Of a stretch of DNA of 64,000 nucleotides, positions 36,898-44,783 are shown in pieces (positions within the stretch are counted from its first letter, which is position 1; the number at the start of each line of letters is the position of its first letter). Source of the stretch: Hyphomicrobiales bacterium (lineage in GTDB: Bacteria > Pseudomonadota > Alphaproteobacteria > Rhizobiales > Aestuariivirgaceae); the NCBI GenBank assembly GCA_046349315.1, contig JAXMCQ010000005.1:161701-225700 (forward strand). Reading direction: 5' to 3'. The translations under genes were made by a program, and so were the position numbers. The notes under the pieces are model-generated. The model ran no database searches. It was not told the DNA's origin and was given only the letters and a program-made list of their open reading frames with translations.

Positions 36898-37598
36898 TGA
36901 TCGAGCCGCGCGATCTCCTGGCCAAGCTGACCGCGCTTCTCATGAAGACCCGCGATGAGCCCGGCACGCGCATGCCCTCCGAGCGCACATTGGCCGAGCA
37001 TTTCGGCGTGAGCCGCGGGCAGATTCGCGAAGCGCTCGCCATTTTGGAAGTGCTGCGCGTCGTCGAGCGCAAGGCCAAATCGGGCATCTACCTGACCGAG
37101 AACCGCTCCAGCATCGAGGCACTCGCCTTCTTCGCGCAGGCCGGCTTGCCGCTCACGCCGGAAGAAGTCTACCAGGCGGTCGAGATGCGCAAGATCCACG
37201 AGATCACCGCCGTGAGGCTGGCCTGCGAGCGCGCCAAGCTCGAGAATTTCGACCGCATGCGCGAGGTGCTCGACAGGAGCGCCAAGCGGATCGAGAATGC
37301 GCAGCCGATCAACATCGAGGATCGCGACTTCCACCTCGAGATCGTGCGCGCCACGCAGAACAATGTCTTCTTCAAGATCGTCAATGTCTTCTATCTGATG
37401 AGCGAGCGCCGCCTGCCGCTCTATTTTGCAAGCCCTGAACGCTCGCGCCGCTCGCATGAGGAGCATTTGCGCATCTTCGAATCGCTGGCCAAGCGCGATT
37501 CGGCAAACGCCATGTCATTGATGAGCGCCCATTTGCAGGGTGTCGAAAGCTACTGGAACGATCTCATCGCCCAATCCGATCTTGTTCCCTCGGCCTGA
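36897..37598 (+). CDS. GntR family transcriptional regulator (FadR/FCD subfamily)
   Basis: 233 aa with N-terminal wHTH MPSERTLAEHFGVSRGQIREAL and a helical FCD-like C-terminus. It overlaps the upstream stop by 1 nt. Confidence 0.88.
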   Translation: MIEPRDLLAKLTALLMKTRDEPGTRMPSERTLAEHFGVSRGQIREALAILEVLRVVERKAKSGIYLTENRSSIEALAFFAQAGLPLTPEEVYQAVEMRKIHEITAVRLACERAKLENFDRMREVLDRSAKRIENAQPINIEDRDFHLEIVRATQNNVFFKIVNVFYLMSERRLPLYFASPERSRRSHEEHLRIFESLAKRDSANAMSLMSAHLQGVESYWNDLIAQSDLVPSA

Positions 37599-37599
37599 C

Positions 37600-38568
37600 A
37601 TGCCGACCGTCTATTCGACCCACCCGCTTCATCCCGATGCCGTTGCACTTTTGGGCAGCGCGGCCACGCTCAAAGTCGCAACGGCACTCGATGCCGGAGC
37701 GCTCGCGCGCGAAGGCCATGCTTGCGACATCGTCATCGTCCGCGCGCCCTTGCCGGAAGAAATTTTCGGCGAAGGCACAAAGCTGAAGGCCGCGATCCGC
37801 CATGGTGCGGGCGTCGACATGATCCCGGTCGAGGCCGCGACCAAAGCCGGCGTGCTCGTCGCCAATGTTCCGGGCGTCAATGCCAGCTCGGTTGCCGAGC
37901 ATGTGGTATTTTCGGCGATCGCCTTGCTCCACCGCTTCCGCCTGCTCGACCGCGATCTGCGCGCCAAGGGCTGGCTTGAGGCGCGCGAATATTCTTTGAG
38001 CAATCACGATCTCGCCGGCCGCGCCATTGGCATTGTCGGCATGGGCGCAGTCGGCAAGGCGATCACCAGTGCCTTTGGCGGGCTCGGCGTGAAGCTTCTC
38101 GGTTTCAGCCCGAGCGGGCGCAATTTTCCCGGGCAGGTCGCGAGCTTGCCACTCGATGACGTGATCGCCGCCAGCGATATCCTGGTTCTCTGCTGTCCCT
38201 TGAAGCCCGAGACGCGCGGGCTGATCGATGCGCGGCGATTTTCTCTGCTCAAGCGCGGCTCGATCCTGATCAATGTATCGCGCGGACCGGTCGTCGATGA
38301 GGCAGCACTTATTGAAGCATTGCGGACCGGACACTTGTGGGGCGCGGCACTTGACGTCTTCAACACCCAGCCCCTGCCCCGCGATCACGCCTTCTTCTCA
38401 TTCGACAATGTGATCATCACGCCACACATGGCAGGGATCACCGAAGAGAGCATGGCGCGCATGGGAACCGGTGCGATCGCCGAGGCATTACGCGTCTTGC
38501 GCGGCGAATTGCCGGTGAACCTGATCAATCCGGATGTGGTCGAAGCCTACCGTCGGCGGTTCGGGTAG
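37600..38568 (+). CDS. D-isomer specific 2-hydroxyacid dehydrogenase family protein
   Basis: ORF 37540..38568 trimmed to the ATG at 37600, 2 nt after the GntR stop. It has NAD fold GIVGMGAVGKAI and catalytic-region context SRGPVVDEAAL...HMAG. Confidence 0.85.
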   Translation: MPTVYSTHPLHPDAVALLGSAATLKVATALDAGALAREGHACDIVIVRAPLPEEIFGEGTKLKAAIRHGAGVDMIPVEAATKAGVLVANVPGVNASSVAEHVVFSAIALLHRFRLLDRDLRAKGWLEAREYSLSNHDLAGRAIGIVGMGAVGKAITSAFGGLGVKLLGFSPSGRNFPGQVASLPLDDVIAASDILVLCCPLKPETRGLIDARRFSLLKRGSILINVSRGPVVDEAALIEALRTGHLWGAALDVFNTQPLPRDHAFFSFDNVIITPHMAGITEESMARMGTGAIAEALRVLRGELPVNLINPDVVEAYRRRFG

Positions 38569-38616
38569 GCATTCAGTATACAGATGAACGCGCGAGCTTG
38601 CGCGCGTCCGTCAGCT

Positions 38617-38743
38617 CTCCTTCTCCCCGCGAACGCGGGGAGAAGGAGCCCGCAGGGCGGATGAGGGGCACTTCTCGCCATGAACGCTTGCCCCTCACCC
38701 GGCGCATGCGCGCCACCCTCTCCCCGCTGAAGCGGGGCGAGGG
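38617..38743. repeat. Composite hairpin repeat family D
   Basis: Hairpin ctccttctcccc-gcgaac-gcggggagaaggag, then inverted pair atgaggggca...tgcccctcac, then hairpin ccctctcccc-gctgaa-gcggggcgaggg. Confidence 0.7.
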
Positions 38744-38760
38744 ACAAAAGACCGTGAGTT

Positions 38761-38786
38761 CATGGCCGCCCTTGAGGTGGCCATCC
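38761..38786. repeat. Hairpin repeat family C, copy 2
   Basis: catggccgcccttgaggtggccatcc, related to 104-128 and 39202-39227. Confidence 0.6.
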
Positions 38787-38821
38787 AGCCTGGTTGGACG
38801 GAGAAGAGCTTGCAAATTCTT

Positions 38822-38916
38822 GTCATTGCCGGACTTGGTCCGGCAATCCAACGATCAACCAACTCAGTTTACGGAGTGTCGGCACAATGGATCGCCGGAA
38901 TGAATCCGGCGATGAC
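38822..38916. repeat. 95-bp palindromic element with family-A architecture (variant A')
   Basis: Its ends are gtcattgccggacttggtccggcaatcca ... tggatcgccggaatgaatccggcgatgac. It has the same GTCAT-hairpin-ATCC / GGAT-hairpin-ATGAC termini as family A. Confidence 0.7.
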
Positions 38917-38976
38917 AAATAAAGAGAGCCGTCATGTCGGCGAAAGATGGAAAGGTTGCGCGGACGCCTTGGTTTT

Positions 38977-39127
38977 CCCTCTCCCCTCGTGGGAGAGGGC
39001 GGCATGCGGGAGCATGCCGGGTGAGGGGGCAGCGCAAACTTACCAACGTCTGACACTCGGCTCGTTACCCCTCACCCGCCTCGGGCCTTACGGCCCTCGT
39101 CGCCCTCTCCCACAAGGGGAGAGGGGA
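38977..39127. repeat. Composite hairpin repeat family D (long copy)
   Basis: Left hairpin ccctctcccctcgtgggagaggg, ggtgagggg...cccctcacc pairing, right module cccctcacccgcctcgggccttacggccctcgtcgccctctcccacaaggggagagggga. The right ~62 bp is nearly identical to 46150-46210. Confidence 0.8.
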
Positions 39128-39201
39128 GGTGATCTGTATACGGAGTATAATATTGCTTCTTAGCTCAGTTGAAGTGACGACCGGGCTCCCAAAAAGCTCT
39201 C

Positions 39202-39227
39202 CATGGCAGGCCTTGAGCCTGCCATCC
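39202..39227. repeat. Hairpin repeat family C, copy 3
   Basis: catggcaggccttgagcctgccatcc, with a perfect stem ATGGCAGGC / GCCTGCCAT. Confidence 0.65.
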
Positions 39228-39365
39228 AGGCTGGACCGGCGGGTTCCCCGGGTCGAGCCCGAGGACAGGCAAGCCGCCGATGGAGAGTAAGTTAGGATCA
39301 CGCAAGCGTCATCGCCTGCCGGGGGCGGCAGCGACGTCGAAGTTCACTGCAGGTGGAACTTGGCC

Positions 39366-40119
39366 CTAAGACGTGTCGTCGCGCGGCGGGTTGCCGAGGC
39401 GCGCGAGCCAGTCGCAGTCCTTGAGGATCTGGTCGACCTCGTGGATGTTCCGCTGGCGGTATCCGGGAGGCCGTCCGGAGCGCAACGGGCCGGAGCGCTC
39501 AGGCCGGCGCTCGTCGAAGGGTTTGGCGTCCCAGCGGGCAAGCCGCATCGCATGGCGCGGGATGTCCTGAACCGCGTCCAGAACGGCGACGAGCCGGCGG
39601 ACCAGGTGCTTTGCACTGACCATGCCGTCATCGACTTTCTCCTCGACAACGGGCGCAGCGGGTGCGGGCTCGCGGCCGACCGAATTCGCGCATCATCCGC
39701 TCCCAGGGGATAGAGGATCACCGAGGACGCGGACGCGCGGCTCGGGTCCACGGAGCTTCTTCTTCCTGAACCGGCGGCCCTGGCGCCTGAGGGGATCGAA
39801 CAGGTTGAACAGGAAGCCGCGCTTGCGCTGGTTTGCCACCTTCACCTTCGGCCTTGGTCTTGTCCGCGCTGGATGTCTTTGGCTTGCCTGAAGCCGGACG
39901 CCGGGGCTTATGCTCGAGCACGATGTCACGCGCCGCGGCGACGATGAGCCGTCTCACCGCTGATTCCGCCGACCGCAATCTTGAGAGGATAAACCGGTGG
40001 AGCGGCCTCGCTATGCGCTCGACGGTGCCACCCTCAGTCAGCCCGATCTCGGCAAACAGCGCCAAGACGACGCCCAAGAGCGGTACGCGTTTGCTTTCGA
40101 TGGCCAATTCCCAGTTCAT
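39366..40119 (-). pseudogene. Conserved hypothetical protein gene, broken by at least two frameshifts
   Basis: One coherent protein is spread over three frames. The pieces are: MNWELAIESKRVPLLGVVLALFAEIGL...RRLIVAAARDIV (from 40119); KRGFLFNLFDPLRRQGRRFRKKKLRGPEPRVRVL (frame of ORF 39693..39929); and EPAPAAPVVEEKVDDGMVSAKHLVRRLVAVLDAVQDIPRHAMRLARW...RSGRPPGYR (to 39366). Confidence 0.6.
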
Positions 40120-40200
40120 TGCCGCTCAATAGAACAGAAAAGGAACTTCGTCAATCATAAAATTCGGGTGGCCTCCAATTTTTTGGTACCTCTCTTTTTC

Positions 40201-40295
40201 GTCATCCCGGCGTAAGCCGGGACCCAACTATCCGCGTGAAGGCTGTTGGCGATCCATCACGGTGAAAGATGGGTCCCGGCTTTCGCCGGGATAAC
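40201..40295. repeat. 95-bp palindromic element, family B
   Basis: Its ends are gtcatcccggcgtaagccgggaccca ... tgggtcccggctttcgccgggataac, with the same architecture as family A. A solo half-copy tggatcccggctttcgccgggatgac lies at 40391-40416. Confidence 0.7.
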
Positions 40296-40312
40296 GGTGG
40301 TTGGTTGTTCAA

Positions 40313-40480
40313 CCCCTCACTCGCCCCGGATTAAATCCGGGGCACCCTCTCCCGCAAGGGGAGAGGGGAAATGCTCCGTAGGCGGAAAGATGGATCCCGG
40401 CTTTCGCCGGGATGACGGTGGTGAGTGGTTCTGCCCTCACCCGGCGCTTCGCGCCACCCTCTCCCGCGCTATGCGCGGGC
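40313..40480. repeat. Mosaic of family D half-elements and a family B half-copy
   Basis: It contains cccctcac..gccccggattaaatccggggc..accctctcccgcaaggggagagggga, then a B half-copy, then ccctcacccggcgcttcgcgccaccctctccc (compare 38692-38722). Confidence 0.6.
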
Positions 40481-40543
40481 CAAGCGCGGCTTTCGCGGCC
40501 GCAAGGGCGACGGTTGACTTGGTCAACCCCAAATCATTCTGCG

Positions 40544-41692
40544 CTAAGGCGCTGCTGGCTTCACCCACGCACTGTTCTTCGCCGCCGACTGAAGCACCGC
40601 CTCGACGAAGGCGAGGCCTTCGACTCCGGCTTCTGCAACGGGCGCCAGCAAAGCCGGCTCATGCGGTGCCCTACCCTCGGCCTGCGCATGGATGAGTTCG
40701 GCATAATCGCGATAGAGATTGGCAAAGCCTTCGACGAAGCCTTCAGGCAATCCAGCAACGAGGCGCGTGCCGTGCTTTGCGGCGGGCGATGCCGCATGGC
40801 CGCGATAGACGATGCGCGGCGATCCTTCGAGCGGGCGCAGATGCAGGGATTCCGGCAAGGACTGATCCCAGGCAAGGCTTCCGGTCTCGCCATAGACGCG
40901 CAGGCGCAGGCCGACCGGTTCACCCGCTGCAACCATGCTCGCCCATAATTGTCCGCGTGCGCCGCCCTGATAGCGCAAGGCGACGAAGGCATTGTCCTCG
41001 AGCTTGCGGCCCGGGACATAGGTCTGGATATCGGCCGAGAGTTCATCAAGCATGAGGCCGGTGACGAACTTCGCCAGATGCAGCGCATGCGTGCCGATAT
41101 CGGCGACAACACCGCTCGGGCCAGCAATCGCCGGATCGATGCGCCAGGTCTGCTTGACGCCTTCGGCTTCAAGCGGAACCGAAAGCCAGCCCAGGAGAAA
41201 CTCGACCTGGACAAGACGTACGCGGCCGATCTCGCCTTGCGCGACGAGCTCGCGCGCTTCGCGCACCAAGGGATAGCCGGTGTAGTTATAAGTGACGCCG
41301 AGCAGCCTGCCCTTTGCCGCCGCGAGATCGCGCAAGGCGGCTGCCTCGGCAAGACTTGTCGCGAGGGGCTTGTCGCAAATGACATCGATGCCCTTGTCAA
41401 GGAAGGCGCGGGCGATCGCACCATGCGAATGATTGGGTGTGACGATGCTGACGACTTCGACGCCGTCCTTGCGCTGCGCTTCCTTCTCCGCCATCTCGGC
41501 ATAGCTCGCATAGCTGCGATCAGACGCGATGTGGCAATCGGCGGCTGAGAGATGCGCGCGCTCGGGATCGGACGACAAAGAGCCGGCGACGAGTTCGTAG
41601 CCGTCATCGAGCCGCGCCGCCATGCGGTGGATATGGCCGATGAAGGCCCCGCGGCCGCCGCCCACCATTCCCCAACGCAATCGTCTCGGCAT
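40544..41692 (-). CDS. Gfo/Idh/MocA family oxidoreductase
   Basis: 382 aa with N-terminal Rossmann WGMVGGGRGAFIGHIH and a family-typical middle region ICDKPLA. Confidence 0.88.
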   Translation of the reverse strand: MPRRLRWGMVGGGRGAFIGHIHRMAARLDDGYELVAGSLSSDPERAHLSAADCHIASDRSYASYAEMAEKEAQRKDGVEVVSIVTPNHSHGAIARAFLDKGIDVICDKPLATSLAEAAALRDLAAAKGRLLGVTYNYTGYPLVREARELVAQGEIGRVRLVQVEFLLGWLSVPLEAEGVKQTWRIDPAIAGPSGVVADIGTHALHLAKFVTGLMLDELSADIQTYVPGRKLEDNAFVALRYQGGARGQLWASMVAAGEPVGLRLRVYGETGSLAWDQSLPESLHLRPLEGSPRIVYRGHAASPAAKHGTRLVAGLPEGFVEGFANLYRDYAELIHAQAEGRAPHEPALLAPVAEAGVEGLAFVEAVLQSAAKNSAWVKPAAP

Positions 41693-41696
41693 GGCT

Positions 41697-42641
41697 CTAA
41701 CCCTTGATCTTCCAGCTCTTCATCACGTCCAGTGTGTGATCGAATGACAGGATGCCGGCATCCGAGCCAAGCCCGGTCGCCACCAAGCCGGCGGCCGCTT
41801 GCGCGAAACGCACCGAGGTTTGCGGATCCATCTTGTTGTGAAGACCAGCGATGAAGCCGGCATCGAAGGCATCGCCGCAACCCGTCGTGTCGACGACCTT
41901 GATGTCATAGGCCGGGCTCTTGAAGCGCGTGCCGTCGCGATGCGCGTAAAAGGCACCCTCGCCGCCAAGCGTGAAGACGCAGCAGGCAGCGCCATTGTCG
42001 ATATAGAAACGCGCGCAATCCTCCGGCGTCGATTGTCCGCTCATGTCGCGGGCTTCCTCGATCGACGGCATGAAGTAATCGATGAAGGGCAAGAGCGGCT
42101 TGACGATGCCGATCGTCTCAGCACTCGCCGCGATGAGATCGAACGTCACGATGCGCCCGCGCCGCTTGGCTTCTTGAAGCAGGATGCGGCTCGGCTCGCC
42201 ATCGAGCTTCTTCAAGAGGCCGGTGCCGCCGAGATGGATGATCGGTGCATCGAAGACCTGATCATAGGCGGAAGGGGGCACATCGAAATGATCGGAGGCG
42301 CCGCGTACATGCAAGGCCGGCCGCTCGCCATTGCGCCTGACATTGAGGATCGTCGCCGAGGTCTGGATGCCCTTCAACTGCTGCATCGCCGAGACGTCGA
42401 TTCCGTGCTTCTTGAGCGTGAACAACACCCAGTCGGCCTTTTCATCGTCGCCGACGGCACCGACCGCGAGGCTCTTGAGCCCGAGCTTTGCCGTATCGAC
42501 AACCGTGCCGCCCGCCGTGCCGGCAACCGTCAGCCTGATCTCTTCGATGAAATCGACATTGCCGCGATCGGGAATGCGATCGACCGGCCGGCCGAGCACA
42601 TCGAGGATATAGAGCCCGATGACCGAGACATCATGCTTCAT
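41697..42641 (-). CDS. PfkB family carbohydrate kinase
   Basis: 314 aa. The C-terminal motif DTTGCGDAFDAGF is typical of ribokinase/PfkB kinases. Confidence 0.88.
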   Translation of the reverse strand: MKHDVSVIGLYILDVLGRPVDRIPDRGNVDFIEEIRLTVAGTAGGTVVDTAKLGLKSLAVGAVGDDEKADWVLFTLKKHGIDVSAMQQLKGIQTSATILNVRRNGERPALHVRGASDHFDVPPSAYDQVFDAPIIHLGGTGLLKKLDGEPSRILLQEAKRRGRIVTFDLIAASAETIGIVKPLLPFIDYFMPSIEEARDMSGQSTPEDCARFYIDNGAACCVFTLGGEGAFYAHRDGTRFKSPAYDIKVVDTTGCGDAFDAGFIAGLHNKMDPQTSVRFAQAAAGLVATGLGSDAGILSFDHTLDVMKSWKIKG

Positions 42642-42650
42642 GAAAGTGCC

Positions 42651-43409
42651 TCAGTATGTCGCGCGGCCGCCGGTCAAATCGAATGTGAAGCCCGTCGTGA
42701 AGCTGCAGGCTGGCGAGACGATCCAGGCGATGAGGCTTGCGGCTTCCTCGAGCTCGCCGCAGCGCTTCATCGGGATCTTGTCAGTCATGTACTTGACCTG
42801 CGCATCGGGGAGTGCGGCGACCATCGGCGTGCGGATGACGGCGGGGGCCAATGCATTGATGGTGACGCCGGTCTCGGCATAGTCTTTCCCTATCGCCTTT
42901 ACGAGGCCGATCAACCCGGCCTTGGTCGCCGAATAGGCAGCCATGCCGGGATTGCCCTCTTTACCCGCGATCGAGGCGATGTGAAGAATGCGGCCATAGT
43001 TGTGCTCCAGCATGTGCGGCAAGACCGCTTGCGTGGCGATGAGGGCACCTTTCAGATTGATCTCGTAGACGCGATCGAAATCCTCAAGCGAGACGTCATG
43101 TGTCTTGATGCCGGTCTTGCCGGTAATGCCCGCGCAATTGACGAGCCCGTGCAATTGCCCGTGTGACTTGATGAAGCCGGCGATCGCCGCGTTGAGCTTG
43201 GCGGGATCGACCACATCGGCCGCTGCCGCACTCGCCTTGCCGCCCTTGGCCGCGATCGCTTGAGCGGCCTCCTTCGCACCGGCCTCGTCGCGATCGATGC
43301 ACAGGACTGTGACGCCGTGCCCGGCCAGGAACTCCGCCGCGGCGCGCCCGATCCCGCTTGCCGCGCCGATCACCGCAACCCTATAGGGCTGCTTGTCGAA
43401 ATAATTCAT
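42651..43409 (-). CDS. SDR family oxidoreductase
   Basis: ORF trimmed to the ATG at 43407-43409. It has GAASGIGRA, YSATK and NALAPAVIRTPM. Confidence 0.85.
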   Translation of the reverse strand: MNYFDKQPYRVAVIGAASGIGRAAAEFLAGHGVTVLCIDRDEAGAKEAAQAIAAKGGKASAAAADVVDPAKLNAAIAGFIKSHGQLHGLVNCAGITGKTGIKTHDVSLEDFDRVYEINLKGALIATQAVLPHMLEHNYGRILHIASIAGKEGNPGMAAYSATKAGLIGLVKAIGKDYAETGVTINALAPAVIRTPMVAALPDAQVKYMTDKIPMKRCGELEEAASLIAWIVSPACSFTTGFTFDLTGGRATY

Positions 43410-43523
43410 AACGCCCCCCATTCTCTGTTGGCCGCAGTTTATGGCGGCGCGCCGGAAAACAAGCAAGGCTGCCGCTTGCATGGGTGCTGCTCTCGATTAG
43501 GATGGCATCGGGAGGAATTTCAA

Positions 43524-44291
43524 ATGTCGTGGATTGATCGATTTTCCATCACGGGCAAGCGCGCCTTGGTGACCGGTGCCTCGAAGGGCATCGGTCTTGA
43601 GATCTGCGCGGTCCTCGCCGAGGCCGGCGCCGACATCGCCGCGGTGGCGCGCGACAAGCAGGGCCTCGCCGAGGCAAAAAACTTGGTCGAGAAGAGCGGC
43701 CGGCGCTGCGCGGTGATCGAAGCCGATCTTGCCGAGACCGACGAGACCCGCCATGCGGCGCGCGCGGCCCTCAAGGAATTCGGCACCATCGACATTCTCG
43801 TCAACAATGCCGGCATCGCGCTCGTCGAGCCCTTGCTCAAGGCAAGCGTCGAGAACTGGGACCGCACCATGGCGGTCAATCTAAGGGCGCCTTTCATTCT
43901 CGCGCAGGAACTGGCGCCCGCCATGATCGCGCAGAAATCCGGCAAGATCATCAATATCTCATCGCAGGCCGGCGTCATCGGCCTCGACGATCATGCCGCC
44001 TATTGCGCCTCGAAAGGCGGCATCAACCAACTGACCCGCGTCATGACCAGCGAATGGGCGCGGCACGGCATCAATTGCAATGGTGTGTGCCCCAACATCA
44101 TCCTGACGCCGATGGGCGAGCAGGTCTGGGGCGATCCGGCAAAGAGCAAGCCGATGCGCGACAAAACTCCGCTCGGCCGCTTCGGCAAGCCCGTCGAGGT
44201 TGCCGACCTCGTCCTCTATCTCGCCTCGCCCGCCTCGAATTTCGTCAATGGCGAGATGATCATGATCGACGGCGGTTTTACTGCCCTTTAG
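43524..44291 (+). CDS. SDR family oxidoreductase
   Basis: ORF trimmed to the ATG at 43524, which has a GGGAGGAA SD. It has TGASKGIG, NNAG and YCASKGG. Confidence 0.88.
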   Translation: MSWIDRFSITGKRALVTGASKGIGLEICAVLAEAGADIAAVARDKQGLAEAKNLVEKSGRRCAVIEADLAETDETRHAARAALKEFGTIDILVNNAGIALVEPLLKASVENWDRTMAVNLRAPFILAQELAPAMIAQKSGKIINISSQAGVIGLDDHAAYCASKGGINQLTRVMTSEWARHGINCNGVCPNIILTPMGEQVWGDPAKSKPMRDKTPLGRFGKPVEVADLVLYLASPASNFVNGEMIMIDGGFTAL

Positions 44292-44754
44292 TGTTGGTTT
44301 TGGATGAGCGACGCTTTGCCCGTGATCTGACATTGGCGGCGCTCGCTGGGCGCCCTTCTTCATCCTCCGCCCAATCGAGAGCGAGACCAAGCTCCTTGGC
44401 GTGCGCGGCGAGCCTGGTGTAACGCTCGCGCAGATGATCGATCTCGGCCTCCGTCATGCTCTCAAGATCGATCAGCGTATTGCTTGCGCCCGTCGTCGCG
44501 CGGATGAGTTCATCGATCTTGATCTGCAGGGCCTTGGTGTCGCGATTTTGCGAATTCTGGATGAGAAAGACCATCAGGAACGTGACAATCGTCGTGCTTG
44601 TATTGATCGTGAGCTGCCAAACATCCGAATAATCGAAGAAGGGGCCTGCCGCGGCCCAGACGATCACCAATCCAGCCGCGATGACGAATGCAATCGGGCT
44701 GCCGGTCCAACATGAGGCGGCAGCAGCAAAACGAGTAAAGATTTTGTCAAGCAT
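44278..44754 (-). CDS. Low-affinity iron permease family protein (Fet4-like small membrane protein)
   Basis: 158 aa. The pattern TGSPIAFVIA...WQLTINTSTTIVTFLMVFLIQNSQNRD..A.Q.K.DELI is characteristic of this family. Confidence 0.8.
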   Translation of the reverse strand: MLDKIFTRFAAAASCWTGSPIAFVIAAGLVIVWAAAGPFFDYSDVWQLTINTSTTIVTFLMVFLIQNSQNRDTKALQIKIDELIRATTGASNTLIDLESMTEAEIDHLRERYTRLAAHAKELGLALDWAEDEEGRPASAANVRSRAKRRSSKTNTKGQ

Positions 44755-44783
44755 GATGCACCTCTTCGCAACGTTCGTTCATA

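Noticed and set aside
39161-39266. tRNA-like fragments (tagctcagttg resembling a D-arm; gggtcgagcccg resembling a T-arm)
   Set aside because: The pieces are about 90 nt apart and separated by a family C hairpin. No acceptor stem or anticodon arm can be drawn, so at most this is a degraded remnant.
38573-39301. Seven 60-133-aa ORFs in the track inside the repeat island (e.g. 38598..38903, 38762..39163)
   Set aside because: They are translations of palindromic repeats (LSPxGRG/PLTR-type peptides) on both strands, with no start-site support.
38575-40540. Possible CRISPR array, given the many short GC-rich repeats
   Set aside because: The repeats belong to several different families, are themselves palindromic, and are irregularly spaced. 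They also occur singly elsewhere, and no cas genes are present.
40561-43166. 439-aa alternative-frame ORF (40561..41880) and 455-aa antisense ORF (41799..43166)
   Set aside because: They overlap well-supported Gfo/Idh/MocA, PfkB and SDR genes, and their composition is typical of out-of-frame GC-rich translation.
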